64,000 bases of DNA from Candidatus Parcubacteria bacterium (GCA_963766795.1 CAVYBN010000004.1:11179-75178), one strand, 5' to 3'. Positions 46,842-57,717 are shown, numbered from the stretch's first letter. Notes: a model not told the origin generated them from the letters alone. Program-made: numbers and translations.

Positions 46842-49800
46842 CTATTCAATAGACACATCATATGTGGTCGTCTTGCCGTCAACGGTGATGGTCAGGGTCT
46901 GGCTTGTCGCCGGAGCGGAGCTGTCGAAGCCGGTGACATTTGAGGCATCGACTGTTTCGACTTGCGTGGTGCTGTCGCTGTTGGTGCCGGTAACAACCAA
47001 GCCGGTGAGATCAAGCGGTTGACCGACGATATAAGCGAGCTTCGAGGCGGGAGTGGTGATGGCGATGCTGGAGAGCGTAACCGGCGCGGGGGCAGCAATA
47101 GACACATCATATGTGGTCGTCTTGCCGTCAACGGTGATGGTCAGGGTCTGGCTTGTCGCCGGAGCGGAGCTGTCGAAGCCGGTGACATTTGAGGCATCGA
47201 CTGTTTCGACTTGCGTGGTGCTGTCGCTGTTGGTGCCGGTAACAACCAAGCCGGTGAGATCAAGCGGTTGACCGACGATATAAGCGAGCTTCGAGGCGGG
47301 AGTGGTGATGGCGATGCTGGAGAGCGTAACCGGCGCGGGGGCAGCAATAGACACATCATATGTGGTCGTCTTGCCGTCAACGGTGATGGTCAGGGTCTGG
47401 CTTATCGCCGGAGCGGAGCTGTCGAAGCCGGTGACATTTGAGGCATCGACTGTTTCGACTTGCGTGGTGCTGTCGCTGTTGGTGCCGGTAACAACCAAGC
47501 CGGTGAGATCAAGCGGTTGACCGACGATATAAGCGAGCTTCGAGGCGGGAGTGGTGATGGCGATGCTGGAGAGCGTAACCGGCGCGGGGGCAGCAATAGA
47601 CACATCATATGTGGTCGTCTTGCCGTCAACGGTGATGGTCAGGGTCTGGCTTGTCGCCGGAGCGGAGCTGTCGAAGCCGGTGACATTTGAGGCATCGACT
47701 GTTTCGACTTGCGTGGTGCTGTCGCTGTTGGTGCCGGTAACGACCAAGCCGGTGAGATCAAGCGGTTGACCGACGATATAAGCGAGCTTCGAGGCGGGAG
47801 TGGTGATGGCGATGCTGGAGAGCGTAACCGGCGCGGGGGCAGCAATAGACACATCATATGTGGTCGTCTTGCCGTCAACGGTGATGGTCAGGGTCTGGCT
47901 TGTATCGCCGGAGCGGAGCTGTCGAAGCCGGTGACATTTGAGGCATCGACTGTTTCGACTTGCGTGGTGCTGTCGCTGTTGGTGCCGGTAACAACCAAGC
48001 CGGTGAGATCAAGCGGTTGACCGACGATATAAGCGAGCTTCGAGGCGGGAGTGGTGATGGCGATGCTGGAGAGCGTAACCGGCGCGGGGGCAGCAATAGA
48101 CACATCATATGTGGTCGTCTTGCCGTCAACGGTGATGGTCAGGGTCTGGCTTGTCGCCGGGAGCGGAGCTGTCGAAGCCGGTGACATTTGAGGCATCGAC
48201 TGTTTCGACTTGCGTGGTGCTGTCGCTGTTGGTGCCGGTAACAACCAAGCCGGTGAGATCAGGCGGTTGACCGACGATATAAGCGAGCTTCGAGGCGGGA
48301 GTGGTGATGGCGATGCTGGAGAGCGTAACCGGCGCGGGGGCAGCAATAGACACCATCATATGTGGTCGTCTTGCCGTCAACGGTGATGGTCAGGGTCTGG
48401 CTTCTCGCCGGAGCGGAAGCTGTCGAAGCCGGTGACATTTGAGGCATCGACTGTTTCGACTTCTGGTGACTATGCGCTGTTGGTGCCGGTAACAACCAAG
48501 CCGGTGAGATCAAGCGGTTGACCGACGATATAAGCGAGCTTCGAGGCGGGAGTGGTGATGGCGATGCTGGAGAGCGTAACCGGCGGAATCGGCTGGAAAG
48601 TGGAAACGGCGCTTGTCAGCGTGGTGACCGCGGCATCAACATCGGATTGCGCCTGGGCATCGGTAATGGCTTGAGCAGTGGTAATAGCCGCATTCAGAGT
48701 GTCAACGGAAGCTTGGGTATAATTGCCGGGAACTGTGCCGATTGTGGCGGCAGCGACATCACCTTGAGCTGTGGTAATCTCGCCATTAAGATTAGTGAGG
48801 TCAGATAGAGGAACTTTTGTGAAAGCGGAAACGGCACTGGTTAGCGTAGTGACTGCGGTATCAACATCTGACTGCGCTTGAGTGTCTTTCACGGCTTGGG
48901 CGGTGGTGATAGCTGTGTTCAGGGTATCAACGGAAGTCTGCGTATAATTACCCGGAACATTTCCAACCGTGGCGGTAGTGACTGCGGCTTGTGCAATGCC
49001 AATCTCTGCAGCAAGAGCCGAGAGATCAGAAAGTCCAATTGGTTTAAACGCACCGACGGCGCTGGTAAGAGTAGCAACTGCGGTATCAACATCGGATTGC
49101 GCCTGAGCGCTAGTAATAGCTTGAGCAGTGGTGATAGCGGCGTTCAAAGCATCAACGGAAGTTTGGGTATAGTCACCGGGAACTACGCCGATGGTAATGC
49201 CAACTTGAGCATTCTGTGCTGCTAAGATTTCAGTATTTAATGCCGTGAGACTGGAAGGAGGGGACGATAGCCGCGTTGTAAGCGGTGATGGCGTCATTCA
49301 ATGTGGACACTTGACCGTCAACCACTGATTGAGCGGAAGCATCGGTCGCGTTGGCGGCGGCAAGAGCTGAAGAAAGCGTGGCGAGCGAGCCGATTATGTG
49401 ATCACCCGGAGTCGTTGATTCGGTCGCGTTGGCGGTGATCAATGCTTGAGCTGAAGATTGAGCTGCGGTCAAAAGAGAGACATCAGAATGTCCAACAATA
49501 GCCGCGTTGTAAGCGGTGATGGCGTCATTCAATGTGGACACTTGACCGTCAACCACTGATTGAGCGGAAGCATCGGTCGCGTTGGCGGCGGCAAGAGCTG
49601 AAGAAAGCGTGGCGAGCGAGCCGATTATGTGATCACCCGGAGTCGTTGATTCGGTCGCGTTGGCGGTGATCAATGCTTGAGCTGAAGATTGAGCTGCGGT
49701 CAAAAGGAGAGACATCAGAATGTCCAACGATAGCCGCGTTGTAAGCGGTGATGGCGTCATTCAATGTGGACACTTGACCGTCAACCACTGATTGAGCGGA

Positions 49801-50955
49801 AGCATCGGTCGCGTTGGCGGCGGCAAGAGCTGAAGAAAGCGTGGCGAGCGAGCCGATTATGTGATCACCCGGAGTCGTTGATTCGGTCGCGTTGGCGGTG
49901 ATCAATGCTTGAGCTGAAGATTGAGCTGCGGTCAAAAGAGAGACATCAGAATGTCCAACGATAGCCGCGTTGTAAGCGGTGATGGCGTCATTCAATGTGG
50001 ACACTTGACCGTCAACCACTGATTGAGCGGAAGCATCGGTCGCGTTGGCGGCGGTAAGAGCTGTAGAAAGTGTTGCTAGTGAGCCGGCGACATGCTGGCC
50101 CGGAATCGTTGATTCGGCTGCGTTAGCGGTGATCAATGATTGAGCTGAAGATTGGGCTGCGGTCAAAAGAGAGACATCTGAAGGAGTGACAGTGACCGTT
50201 CTGATAACTGGAATAGCCGCAAGACTGCTAGAAGGATCGGAGACATTATATGTAAGAGTCTGTGCGCCGAGAGTGGAGGTAACAACGGTACCGGTAAGCT
50301 TTATATTCGCGGTGATATTACCGTCAGCGTTGTCATAAGCCGTAGCACCAGCGTCCGTGTAGGTCGAACCGGCAGGGACGGTAACCGTAGAATTGCCGAG
50401 TAAGGTAATGACCGGGGCTGTGGCATTGGGATTCGTCTGTATGCCGTAGCTCGTCGAATATGAGCCGCCAGCCGAACCGGAAGGCACAGACGCTTCAACC
50501 GTCACCTGAACATATTTCTCTCCTGCTGGAGGAGTACCAAGAGTGACATTTGGATTGAGGTACATCGGAGCGCTGTATGTGCCGGAACTATTGATCGTGA
50601 TGGCCGAGGCTGGAGAGGAAGCGTTCTGCGATTGCGCGGAGTAAAAAGCGATATTGCCTTTGGATAGAGGAATGGTATTTGAACCGCTGGTCCAGTCGTC
50701 GAACTTCATATTCAGGACCGTCTCGTTCGCCGGTACGGTCACATAAAAGACCCAGCGCCATCCGTTGTCGAAAGAGCCGTCAGCCGTGGCATATCCGACC
50801 GTGCCGCTTGAGTTAGCGATCGGGGTAATCCCGGTTACGCTCAAGACAGGAGAAGTTTGAGCGTGAGCGCTTTGTGTGCTTATAAAACCTGTGCCGACCG
50901 CAAAAGCGATGGCAAGGATGGGGACGAACATAACCCGGGCAAGTTTGGTAGCCAT
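46842..50955 (-). CDS. Giant secreted repeat protein (Ig-like and helical repeat arrays); multiple frame breaks within the repeats
   Basis: Begins with the signal peptide MATKLARVMFVPILAIAFAVGTGFISTQSAHA and an Ig-like segment VITLLGNSTVTVPAGSTYTDAGATAYD. These are followed by 77-aa, 75-aa and 83-aa tandem repeats. Confidence 0.65.
46850..48560. repeat. About seven tandem copies of a 249-bp (83-aa) unit, the first four nearly identical
   Basis: Identical ORF fragments recur at 46892, 47141, about 47390 and 47639 (a 249-bp period), then with small offsets (47875, 48126) in the indel-bearing copies. The unit is VTLSSIAITTPASKLAYIVGQPLDLTGLVVTGTNSDSTTQVETVDASNVTGFDSSAPATSQTLTITVDGKTTTYDVSIAAPAP. 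Confidence 0.9.
48602..49262. repeat. Three divergent tandem copies of a 225-bp (75-aa) unit
   Basis: GGAAACGGCGC at 48602 recurs at 48827. The encoded unit is ...VPGNYTQTSVDTLNTAITTAQA...AQSDVDTAVTTLTSAV. Confidence 0.75.
49270..50190. repeat. Four tandem copies of a 231-bp (77-aa) unit
   Basis: GCCGCGTTGTAAGCGG recurs at 49270, 49501, 49733 and 49964. One copy carries an extra G, which breaks the frame. Confidence 0.85.
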
Positions 50956-51256
50956 ATTATTGTAATTGTAATAAACGATCCTTAATAAATAACCCTAACT
51001 CAATATCAGGAAAATTGTGGCTTTATATATGGATATTTCCATCCATCCACAACGCCCCTGGCAACTGGGTAGTTACAGAAGCGCACTATACCACATGATG
51101 ACTATCAGTATCAAGTGTGACAAGAATATCCTGACTGTTGATAAGTTGTGAATACAAGAATCGTTTTGACTGCCTCTATAGGCAATAATCTGCCACATAG
51201 ACCGTGGTACTCATAGTCGGTCGCTTCATGGTCATCATCCGACCTATGCTTTGAGC

Positions 51257-51478
51257 ATGGTTAAGGGAAACGACATCCTAAAGAGGTTTGGTAACAGAGT
51301 TAGGAATCTCCGTACTCAAAAAGGCATCAGCTCCCAGATGAAAATGTCTTTTAAGACTGGATTGGATCGCACCTACATCGGCGGTATAGAGCGCGGTGAG
51401 AAAATGTCGGTCTTAAAAATATGAGAGAGGATCGCGAAAGCGCTCGGCGTTGAGTTGGACGAGCTATTCAAGTTATAG
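51257..51478 (+). CDS. XRE-family HTH regulator, locally disrupted (in-frame TGA at 51422-51424)
   Basis: GLDRTYIGGIERGEK...ERIAKALGVELDELFKL. The alternative frame across 51401-51424 reads NVGLKNM, which fits the family better. Confidence 0.6.
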
Positions 51479-51582
51479 AACATTCGAAATAGCGATAATT
51501 TTGTTGAAAAGCTGTCGATAAATATCGGATTATTTTAGCGTATCGCTTGTTTTATAATTTGAATAGGATATAATTCATACAT

Positions 51583-51768
51583 ATGGAACCTTCAAGAGAA
51601 CAATTTCTAAAGGTTTATGCGAACATTCCTCTCAATTTGAGGGATGAGATCATCTTGGTTTTTGAAGGCAAACCGCTTACGTGGAATGTCGCTTATTTAG
51701 AGATAAAAGCCAACACAAATGTCAGCACCGGCATTCTCAGGGAATTGAGAGGTCTCAAATTGATCTGA
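51583..51768 (+). CDS. Hypothetical 61-aa protein
   Basis: An ORF in an AT-rich block, co-oriented and closely spaced with the two ORFs that follow. Confidence 0.35.
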   Translation: MEPSREQFLKVYANIPLNLRDEIILVFEGKPLTWNVAYLEIKANTNVSTGILRELRGLKLI

Positions 51769-51777
51769 CGCAAACAA

Positions 51778-52005
51778 ATGGATATACCGCAAAGAGAAAA
51801 AGAATTGGTACTAGCGAGACTTGAGGTTCTATCACCCGAACTGCATTTTTCCGTTGGGACAGATAGTGATAATTTCTCTAGAGACGAAATGATAGAACAA
51901 ATAAATGGAAACACCGCAGTCGGTAAGGATTTTATAAAAGTTGAGCTAGAGTTTCTGAGAGCATTCAAAGATGGTTCCTTGATGAATAATCTAGCTACAA
52001 AATAA
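51778..52005 (+). CDS. Hypothetical 75-aa protein
   Basis: The ORF begins 10 nt after the previous stop. Confidence 0.35.
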   Translation: MDIPQREKELVLARLEVLSPELHFSVGTDSDNFSRDEMIEQINGNTAVGKDFIKVELEFLRAFKDGSLMNNLATK

Positions 52006-52007
52006 TT

Positions 52008-52534
52008 ATGTCAAGAACTATCCTAGTATCCAATGCATCACATGATGCTCCTACGGAGTATTCGGAATCTTGGTTCAGTAAAATCGTTGATTTAGTCAAG
52101 AAACGGCCGGATACGATATTATTTGAATTGAGAAAAGAAAAGGCTAATAGAAAAGAACTCGAAGAATTGTCCACTCAATGGCATGTGAATCGGCAAAGAA
52201 ACTTGGGCAAAGATGTATCACCATAGGGACTAGGTCCTTCATAGGATACAAGGAAAAGTTCAATCTTGTTCACCTGGATAAAAAATCCCAGAGAGACCAA
52301 CTTGCGGATCCTATCGTTAGTTTTTTTCTTGAACCAGCCTACGAAGCTGTGACGGCTCTGGTTGAAGGCAAGACAACTGGCGATGCTTTTATGAGATCCC
52401 AAAATATGTATAGAGAGAAACTAACTGTATTGCTCACTAGCGATGATACGGAATATAATACCGTATTGGCCAGCCGATTGTATCACAACTTTCAACATCA
52501 AGTCTGTTTAGGAGACCGAACGGCGTCATTTTAA
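52008..52534 (+). CDS. Hypothetical protein; frame broken near 52170-52200
   Basis: ORFs 52008-52226 and 52178-52534 overlap in different frames and read as one roughly 175-aa product. Confidence 0.35.
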
Positions 52535-52537
52535 ATG

Positions 52538-52612
52538 TGACCCCATCGGGATTTGAACCCGAGTTCCGGGAATGAGAATCCCGTGTCCTAGACCAGGCTA
52601 GACGATAGGGCC
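52538..52612 (-). tRNA. tRNA-Glu (CTC)
   Basis: The reverse complement is GGCCCTATCGTCTAGCCTGGTCTAGGACACGGGATTCTCATTCCCGGAACTCGGGTTCAAATCCCGATGGGGTCA. The anticodon loop is TTCTCAT, and the acceptor stem has two G-U pairs. Confidence 0.85.
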
Positions 52613-52680
52613 GCGCTTCGCGAAATCAAAATGCAAAAATCAAAAGGCAAAATGAATCGCACCTCAAAATAACACATATT

Positions 52681-54186
52681 TCACTTCTTATCCAGCCACT
52701 CCTTTTCCTGTCTCACTAGAAGCTTGCCCGCTTGATCCGGATCGCGGAGCAATGCCGCAGTGACGCGCTCCATGCGCATCGATTGAGAACCCTTTACGAG
52801 GATGATGTCGCCGGTCTTGACCAGCGGAACAATGAAGCGAGCTGCTTCAGCGGCTGAACCAAATCCGCGCACGACATCAGCTGACATGCCAGACTTCAAT
52901 GATTCTTCGACAGTGAGACGCGAGCGCTGTCCGACCGTGATCAATCGATCGACGACGCCGGCCGCTTCCCTGCCGATCCGGCGGTGCTCTTCAGCCGAAT
53001 ACTTGCCGAGCTCCATCATGTCTCCGAGAAGGGCGATCTTGGCTCCGGCACATTCGAGACCTTTCAATGCCTCCAGAGCGGCGGATGCCGCGTCAGGCGA
53101 TGAATTGTATGCGTCATCTATTAATGTCGAACCATTGATACCTTGAATGATCCGCATGCGGCCTTTGGGCGCGTCATAGGCAGAGAGTGAATGGGCGATC
53201 GATTGTAGCGCGATACTCCTAGCCTTTCCGACCGCCGCAGCCGCCAGCAACGGATACAAATAAGTTTTTCCGAGGATGCCTTTGACAGAAACTAATTGTG
53301 ATTGAACAACGGCCGATTGCGATTGGTCGGCAATCGGTTGTAATTGAACTGCAATCGGTTGAGGCTGATCTTTAGCTGAATCATTTGAACCTGACCTTAT
53401 TTGAGCATTGCAATCGATGATCAACTTGAATGACATGCCAATCGGTGCGCTAACCGTCTTCGGCGCGAATTTGAATTCATTGGTCGACAAGCCTCCGGCG
53501 CTCTCGACTTTCCATTCCTTGACCGGCGGCTCGTCATACAAAACCTTGATATCTTCGGCTTTGACGTCAGCCTTTTCATTCAGGCCGAATGAAATCACCG
53601 AAACATTGCGGCTTTTCACGCGCTCTGCCAGATTGGCGACCTTTTCATCGTCGGCGAACAGGATGAGCGTGCCGCCGGGCTTTACGGCTTCAGCCAGAGA
53701 CGCTTTCTCTTCGAAAACCGCTTCCGGAGACTTGAAGAATTCGACGTGAACGGGGGTGCGGCTGATCTTGGCGATGACCGCGATGTCCGGACGCAACCAA
53801 CGGGCGATCTTTCTGATGTCGCCGGGATGATCAGCTCCTACTTCGAGGACAAGACAATCCGGATATTCAGATCTCTTGAAGATAAGCCGCGCACCAGCGG
53901 AAAGATTATCCAGCCAACCGCCAAAGCTGTGCCAGGCGTTCGGAACGCCAATCACAGTCAACGGCAAGCCAATGTCGCTGTTCAAGCTCTTCTGGCTTTT
54001 CCTGACAAAGCAGATCTTCTGACCTTCGCAGACGCCGTCTCCTTTGAGCACGTCATATATAGCATCTTTAGTCGAAGTCTTGCCGACACTGCCGGTCACC
54101 GCCACGATGAAAGGTCGATACTTATTCAAAATAAGCCGAGATTCGAGTGTCAGCAACCAGATGACGATTTTCTTAAAGAAAGACAT
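52681..54186 (-). CDS. murF: UDP-N-acetylmuramoyl-tripeptide--D-alanyl-D-alanine ligase
   Basis: VTGSVGKTSTKDAI and the Mur ligase middle and C-terminal domains. It contains a low-complexity insert, QPQPIAVQLQPIADQSQSAVVQSQ. Confidence 0.85.
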   Translation of the reverse strand: MSFFKKIVIWLLTLESRLILNKYRPFIVAVTGSVGKTSTKDAIYDVLKGDGVCEGQKICFVRKSQKSLNSDIGLPLTVIGVPNAWHSFGGWLDNLSAGARLIFKRSEYPDCLVLEVGADHPGDIRKIARWLRPDIAVIAKISRTPVHVEFFKSPEAVFEEKASLAEAVKPGGTLILFADDEKVANLAERVKSRNVSVISFGLNEKADVKAEDIKVLYDEPPVKEWKVESAGGLSTNEFKFAPKTVSAPIGMSFKLIIDCNAQIRSGSNDSAKDQPQPIAVQLQPIADQSQSAVVQSQLVSVKGILGKTYLYPLLAAAAVGKARSIALQSIAHSLSAYDAPKGRMRIIQGINGSTLIDDAYNSSPDAASAALEALKGLECAGAKIALLGDMMELGKYSAEEHRRIGREAAGVVDRLITVGQRSRLTVEESLKSGMSADVVRGFGSAAEAARFIVPLVKTGDIILVKGSQSMRMERVTAALLRDPDQAGKLLVRQEKEWLDKK

Positions 54187-54436
54187 ATACGCATCTTACA
54201 TCTTAAGTTTCATATCGCCAAACTTCAATTCAACAATTAATTATACTTGGAACGGCTTTCATCATATATCTTCCCTTTCGTTTAAAAATTCTAAGTCAAA
54301 ACCGCAAAAGCATGGTCTAGTAACATAGGCGGCATAAGGCTCGTTTGGAACGCAAAATATTGTACGACGTTAAAAAGGCCTTTCAGTTTTTTTAGAGAAA
54401 TGGAATCTCTGCGACACAGTTATAGCGCAAAACTTC

Positions 54437-56158
54437 TTATCTGTCTGGTTGAATATTATAGTAGTTAATCAGAAAAGTCGCCAGATTATCGTACGGCTTG
54501 GTAAGCGTCTCCGAAGCGTATTGCGCTCCTTTGGGATAGACCTGATAGAGAAAGACGATGAATCGCGGGTTGTAGGCCGGGAAAAATCCGAAGAATGAGT
54601 GCAGATAGCGGTCGGCGTAATAGCCGCCGTTCTTTGGATCGGCGATCTCGGCCGTGCCGGTCTTGGCCGCCATGGTGTAATGATCCTTCTTGATGGTGCC
54701 GTTGGCGAGCGAGATGTCGACGACTTTGACCAGCATGTCTTTTACTTCCTGAATCGTCTGCGGTTTCAAGACCGGCCCGGTCTTGGGAGCATCGATCTTC
54801 TTCACTGAACCGTCGGCGTAGTCTATCTCCTTGACCAAGTGCGGCGTCACCACATAGCCGCCATTCCCGATGACCGACAGCGCTCTGGCCATGCCGACTG
54901 GAGAAACAGCTATGCCTTGGCCGTAAGCCGCCGTGGCGATGTCGATGTCAGTGCCGCCTTTCAGGTTTGAGGCGAGCGGCGTGGCCTCGTTCGGCAGATC
55001 TATGCCAGACTTAGAAGCGATGCCAAAACTGTCGAAATATCTCTCGAACGTCGTCGAACCCGTCTGGAGAGCGATCGTGGCTGCGCCGACGTTGAGCGAT
55101 TGCGAGAGGATCTGCTGCATGGGTATGACGCCGCGGGCCTTGCCGTCGAAGTTGCAGATCTTCTTGCCATTCTCGGTCATGCAACCGGTGTCATTGTAAG
55201 TGGAATCCGGGGTCTCGGCGCCGCTGTCGAGAGCCGCGGACATGGTCAAGGGCTTCATGATCGAGCCCATCTCGTAGACGTGCTCGACCAGCGGATCCGA
55301 GAAGGCGCTGGCATTCTTGACATCCGAGGTGTCGTTCGGATCGAAAGTCGGCAGAGAGGACATGGCCACTATCTCGCCGGTCGCCGGGTCCATGACGATG
55401 CCGCCGATCTCGTCGGGATGCCAGGAAGCGCTGGTCGAAGCCAGGATCCTGTCGAGATATGCCTCGACGACGGGTTCGATGGTCGTGACAATGTCGCCGA
55501 ACTGCGCGCCGCTCGAGCCGAAGACCGAATCCTTGAGGCCGGAGAAGAGCTCGGCGAAGACATTCACGGACGGACCGGTGCCCGGACGCGAGAGCGTGGA
55601 GTCATATGAGCGTTCCAGGCCGTATCTGCCGACGATGGCCGAGGAGCTGGCATTCTCTCCGATCAACCCCAATTCATGCGATGCCAGAGAACCGCCCGGG
55701 TATGAGCGCCATGTTTCCGGCGCGGCGTATATGCCGGGAAGACCGAGGCCTTGGATGCCGACGGCAGAAGCGGCATCGATATGATCCGCCAGCTCTTCAT
55801 AGGAGTCGTTCGCCTTTCCGGCCTTGGCAGTGAATGAGGCGCGGCTGATCGACGGGAGATAGTGCGACAAGGCTTCATAAGCGCTGGAGGCATCGGCGAC
55901 TTGCTCCGGATCCATGTAGACCAGGTAGCCGCTTCCGACCGTGGCGGCGGCGGTCTGTATGCCGTCCTTGCCGGAAAAATATATCGTGCCGCGATCGAAT
56001 AAGACCGCGGCTGGTTTTACGTATTGCGCTCTGGCCTTGGCCGCATAGGAACCGCCACGGATGATTTCCGTGGAATAGAGAGATGCGACAAGGACCGCGG
56101 CAACAATGCCGACGGCGATGAGGGTCAATCTAGCTCGAAGGCGTTGTTTAGAATTCAT
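54437..56158 (-). CDS. ftsI: Penicillin-binding protein 2 / FtsI-type transpeptidase
   Basis: SxxK (GSIMKP), SxN (SQSLN) and KTG (AKTGTA) motifs. The start is taken at MNSKQRLRARLTLIAVGIV. Confidence 0.85.
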   Translation of the reverse strand: MNSKQRLRARLTLIAVGIVAAVLVASLYSTEIIRGGSYAAKARAQYVKPAAVLFDRGTIYFSGKDGIQTAAATVGSGYLVYMDPEQVADASSAYEALSHYLPSISRASFTAKAGKANDSYEELADHIDAASAVGIQGLGLPGIYAAPETWRSYPGGSLASHELGLIGENASSSAIVGRYGLERSYDSTLSRPGTGPSVNVFAELFSGLKDSVFGSSGAQFGDIVTTIEPVVEAYLDRILASTSASWHPDEIGGIVMDPATGEIVAMSSLPTFDPNDTSDVKNASAFSDPLVEHVYEMGSIMKPLTMSAALDSGAETPDSTYNDTGCMTENGKKICNFDGKARGVIPMQQILSQSLNVGAATIALQTGSTTFERYFDSFGIASKSGIDLPNEATPLASNLKGGTDIDIATAAYGQGIAVSPVGMARALSVIGNGGYVVTPHLVKEIDYADGSVKKIDAPKTGPVLKPQTIQEVKDMLVKVVDISLANGTIKKDHYTMAAKTGTAEIADPKNGGYYADRYLHSFFGFFPAYNPRFIVFLYQVYPKGAQYASETLTKPYDNLATFLINYYNIQPDR

Positions 56159-56501
56159 GTCCGCCGGCGGCCAGCGTTCCAAATGGAGCCGCGTAAGCGG
56201 TCGAAGCCGTGCGCGGGATGTAGGCGCTGACTTGGCCCTGCTCAAGTCCGTATGAAGCTAAGGCATCCACGCTGGCAGTGTCGCTCAACTCCAGATACCG
56301 GCTGTCCAAGCTTTCGATTTGGCCGGTCAGAACGGCGCTTTGGCTGTTGATCTTCTGCAAAGCCACCGTCCGCGAGATGACGTGATACAAACTTAATGCG
56401 TACAAAAAGGCGGCCATGAGGCAACCGGCGCACAGGGCGGCGGTAAAATAGGCCCTGAAAGGATTGGTGACATTGTATGTTTGTGCGATGATCTTGGTCA
56501 T
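56148..56501 (-). CDS. ftsL: FtsL-like small cell-division membrane protein
   Basis: 117 aa with a single TM segment (FTAALCAGCLMAAFLYALSLY) followed by a coiled segment. It sits between rsmH and ftsI. Confidence 0.55.
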   Translation of the reverse strand: MTKIIAQTYNVTNPFRAYFTAALCAGCLMAAFLYALSLYHVISRTVALQKINSQSAVLTGQIESLDSRYLELSDTASVDALASYGLEQGQVSAYIPRTASTAYAAPFGTLAAGGHEF

Positions 56502-56598
56502 AGATAAATTGTCATAGATAAATTTAAAAGTTAAAAATCAAAAGTCAAAATTGAAAGTCAAAATTCTAAAGTCAGTTCGTGATCGTGATTTGGTGCTA

Positions 56599-57717
56599 TT
56601 AGATATTTTTTTCAATAATCCTCAATTTGGCGCTGCGTGAACGGGGATTTTCGGCGATCTCTTGAGGTGAAGCGGTGATCGGCCTTTTGGTTAGCACCAT
56701 CGCGATGCCTTCCGCCGCTTTTCCTTTGAAAAAATCCTTGACGATGCGATCTTCGAGGCTGTGGAACGATATGACTGCCATGCGTCCGCCGGAGCTCAAC
56801 CGTTCGAAGCCTTTTGAAATCCCTTCTTTCAATGCCGCGAGTTCGTCATTCACGGCGATCCTCAAAGCCTGGAAAGTCTTGGTGGCTGGATGGATCTTTC
56901 CGTGTCGTGCGAAGCCTGGGACAGACGTCTTCACTATCTCCGCGAGCTCAAGCGTCGTCTCAATAGGCTTCTTCTCGCGGTACGCGATGATAGCTTTGGC
57001 GATCCTTCGAGCGAATCGTTCCTCGCCGTAGGCGAAGATGACATTGGCGATGTCTTCCTCCTTCCAGCCGTTCACGATGTCTTTGGCCGTGAATGGATAG
57101 CTCGCCGAATCGCCCATGGTCATGAGAAGAGGCTCGTCTTTCATGAATGAGAATCCCCTGCCGGAGCCTTCCAATTCGTCGGATGAGATGCCGAGATCGA
57201 AGAGGATCAGATCCACCGATTGAATCGCGTGCTTATCGAGGACTTTGTCGAGATTCCTGAAGCTCTCGCATTCAAGAATTATCTGGCCTTCAATCCCGAT
57301 CGCTGCCTTCCCTTCTTGAATCATGAATCCTGAATCATGAATCCTGAATCTCTCTTTGGCGAGTTCAATCGCCTGTGAATCACGATCTAGGCCGATCACA
57401 TTCACCTTGCCTTTGAATGCCTGGATGATCGCAAGCGCGTGTCCTGCGCCACCTAGGGTTCCGTCAAGGTACCAGATGGGCTCTTTCGCTTCGGGCCTAG
57501 CAACTTTCTCAAGCCCTGCAGAACTCGCTTCGCGAGATCGCGGAGGCTCGGTCGCATCTGCTGGCGCAGAATTTGCTCCGTCGCCTCTCGCGATCTCTGC
57601 TCGCTCAGACAGGCTTCGGTCTTTCGAAAGTTCTAGGCCCTTCGCTTTCAAGAGCCCTCCGACTGTCTCATGTAAAAGAACCGGTACGTGAATGCTGTCT
57701 TCTGGGGAATTTGCCAT
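56599..57717 (-). CDS. rsmH: 16S rRNA (cytosine1402-N4)-methyltransferase
   Basis: HVPVLLHE, DGTLGGAGHA, DLGISS and SFHSLEDR. There are two low-complexity inserts. Confidence 0.9.
   Translation of the reverse strand: MANSPEDSIHVPVLLHETVGGLLKAKGLELSKDRSLSERAEIARGDGANSAPADATEPPRSREASSAGLEKVARPEAKEPIWYLDGTLGGAGHALAIIQAFKGKVNVIGLDRDSQAIELAKERFRIHDSGFMIQEGKAAIGIEGQIILECESFRNLDKVLDKHAIQSVDLILFDLGISSDELEGSGRGFSFMKDEPLLMTMGDSASYPFTAKDIVNGWKEEDIANVIFAYGEERFARRIAKAIIAYREKKPIETTLELAEIVKTSVPGFARHGKIHPATKTFQALRIAVNDELAALKEGISKGFERLSSGGRMAVISFHSLEDRIVKDFFKGKAAEGIAMVLTKRPITASPQEIAENPRSRSAKLRIIEKNI

Noticed and set aside
46850-48560. The 249-bp tandem array, considered as a non-coding satellite or CRISPR-like array.
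   Set aside because: The period is a multiple of 3, and one frame encodes a coherent 83-aa Ig-like repeat continuous with a signal-peptide-bearing protein.
51422-51424. The in-frame TGA in the XRE gene, considered as evidence for UGA recoding (genetic code 4 or 25).
   Set aside because: Standard-code translation gives long intact ORFs throughout, and TGA terminates several good genes, including the graspetide precursor, the 68-aa ORF upstream of lexA, and lysK. A local pair of compensating indels (alternative frame NVGLKNM) explains the TGA.
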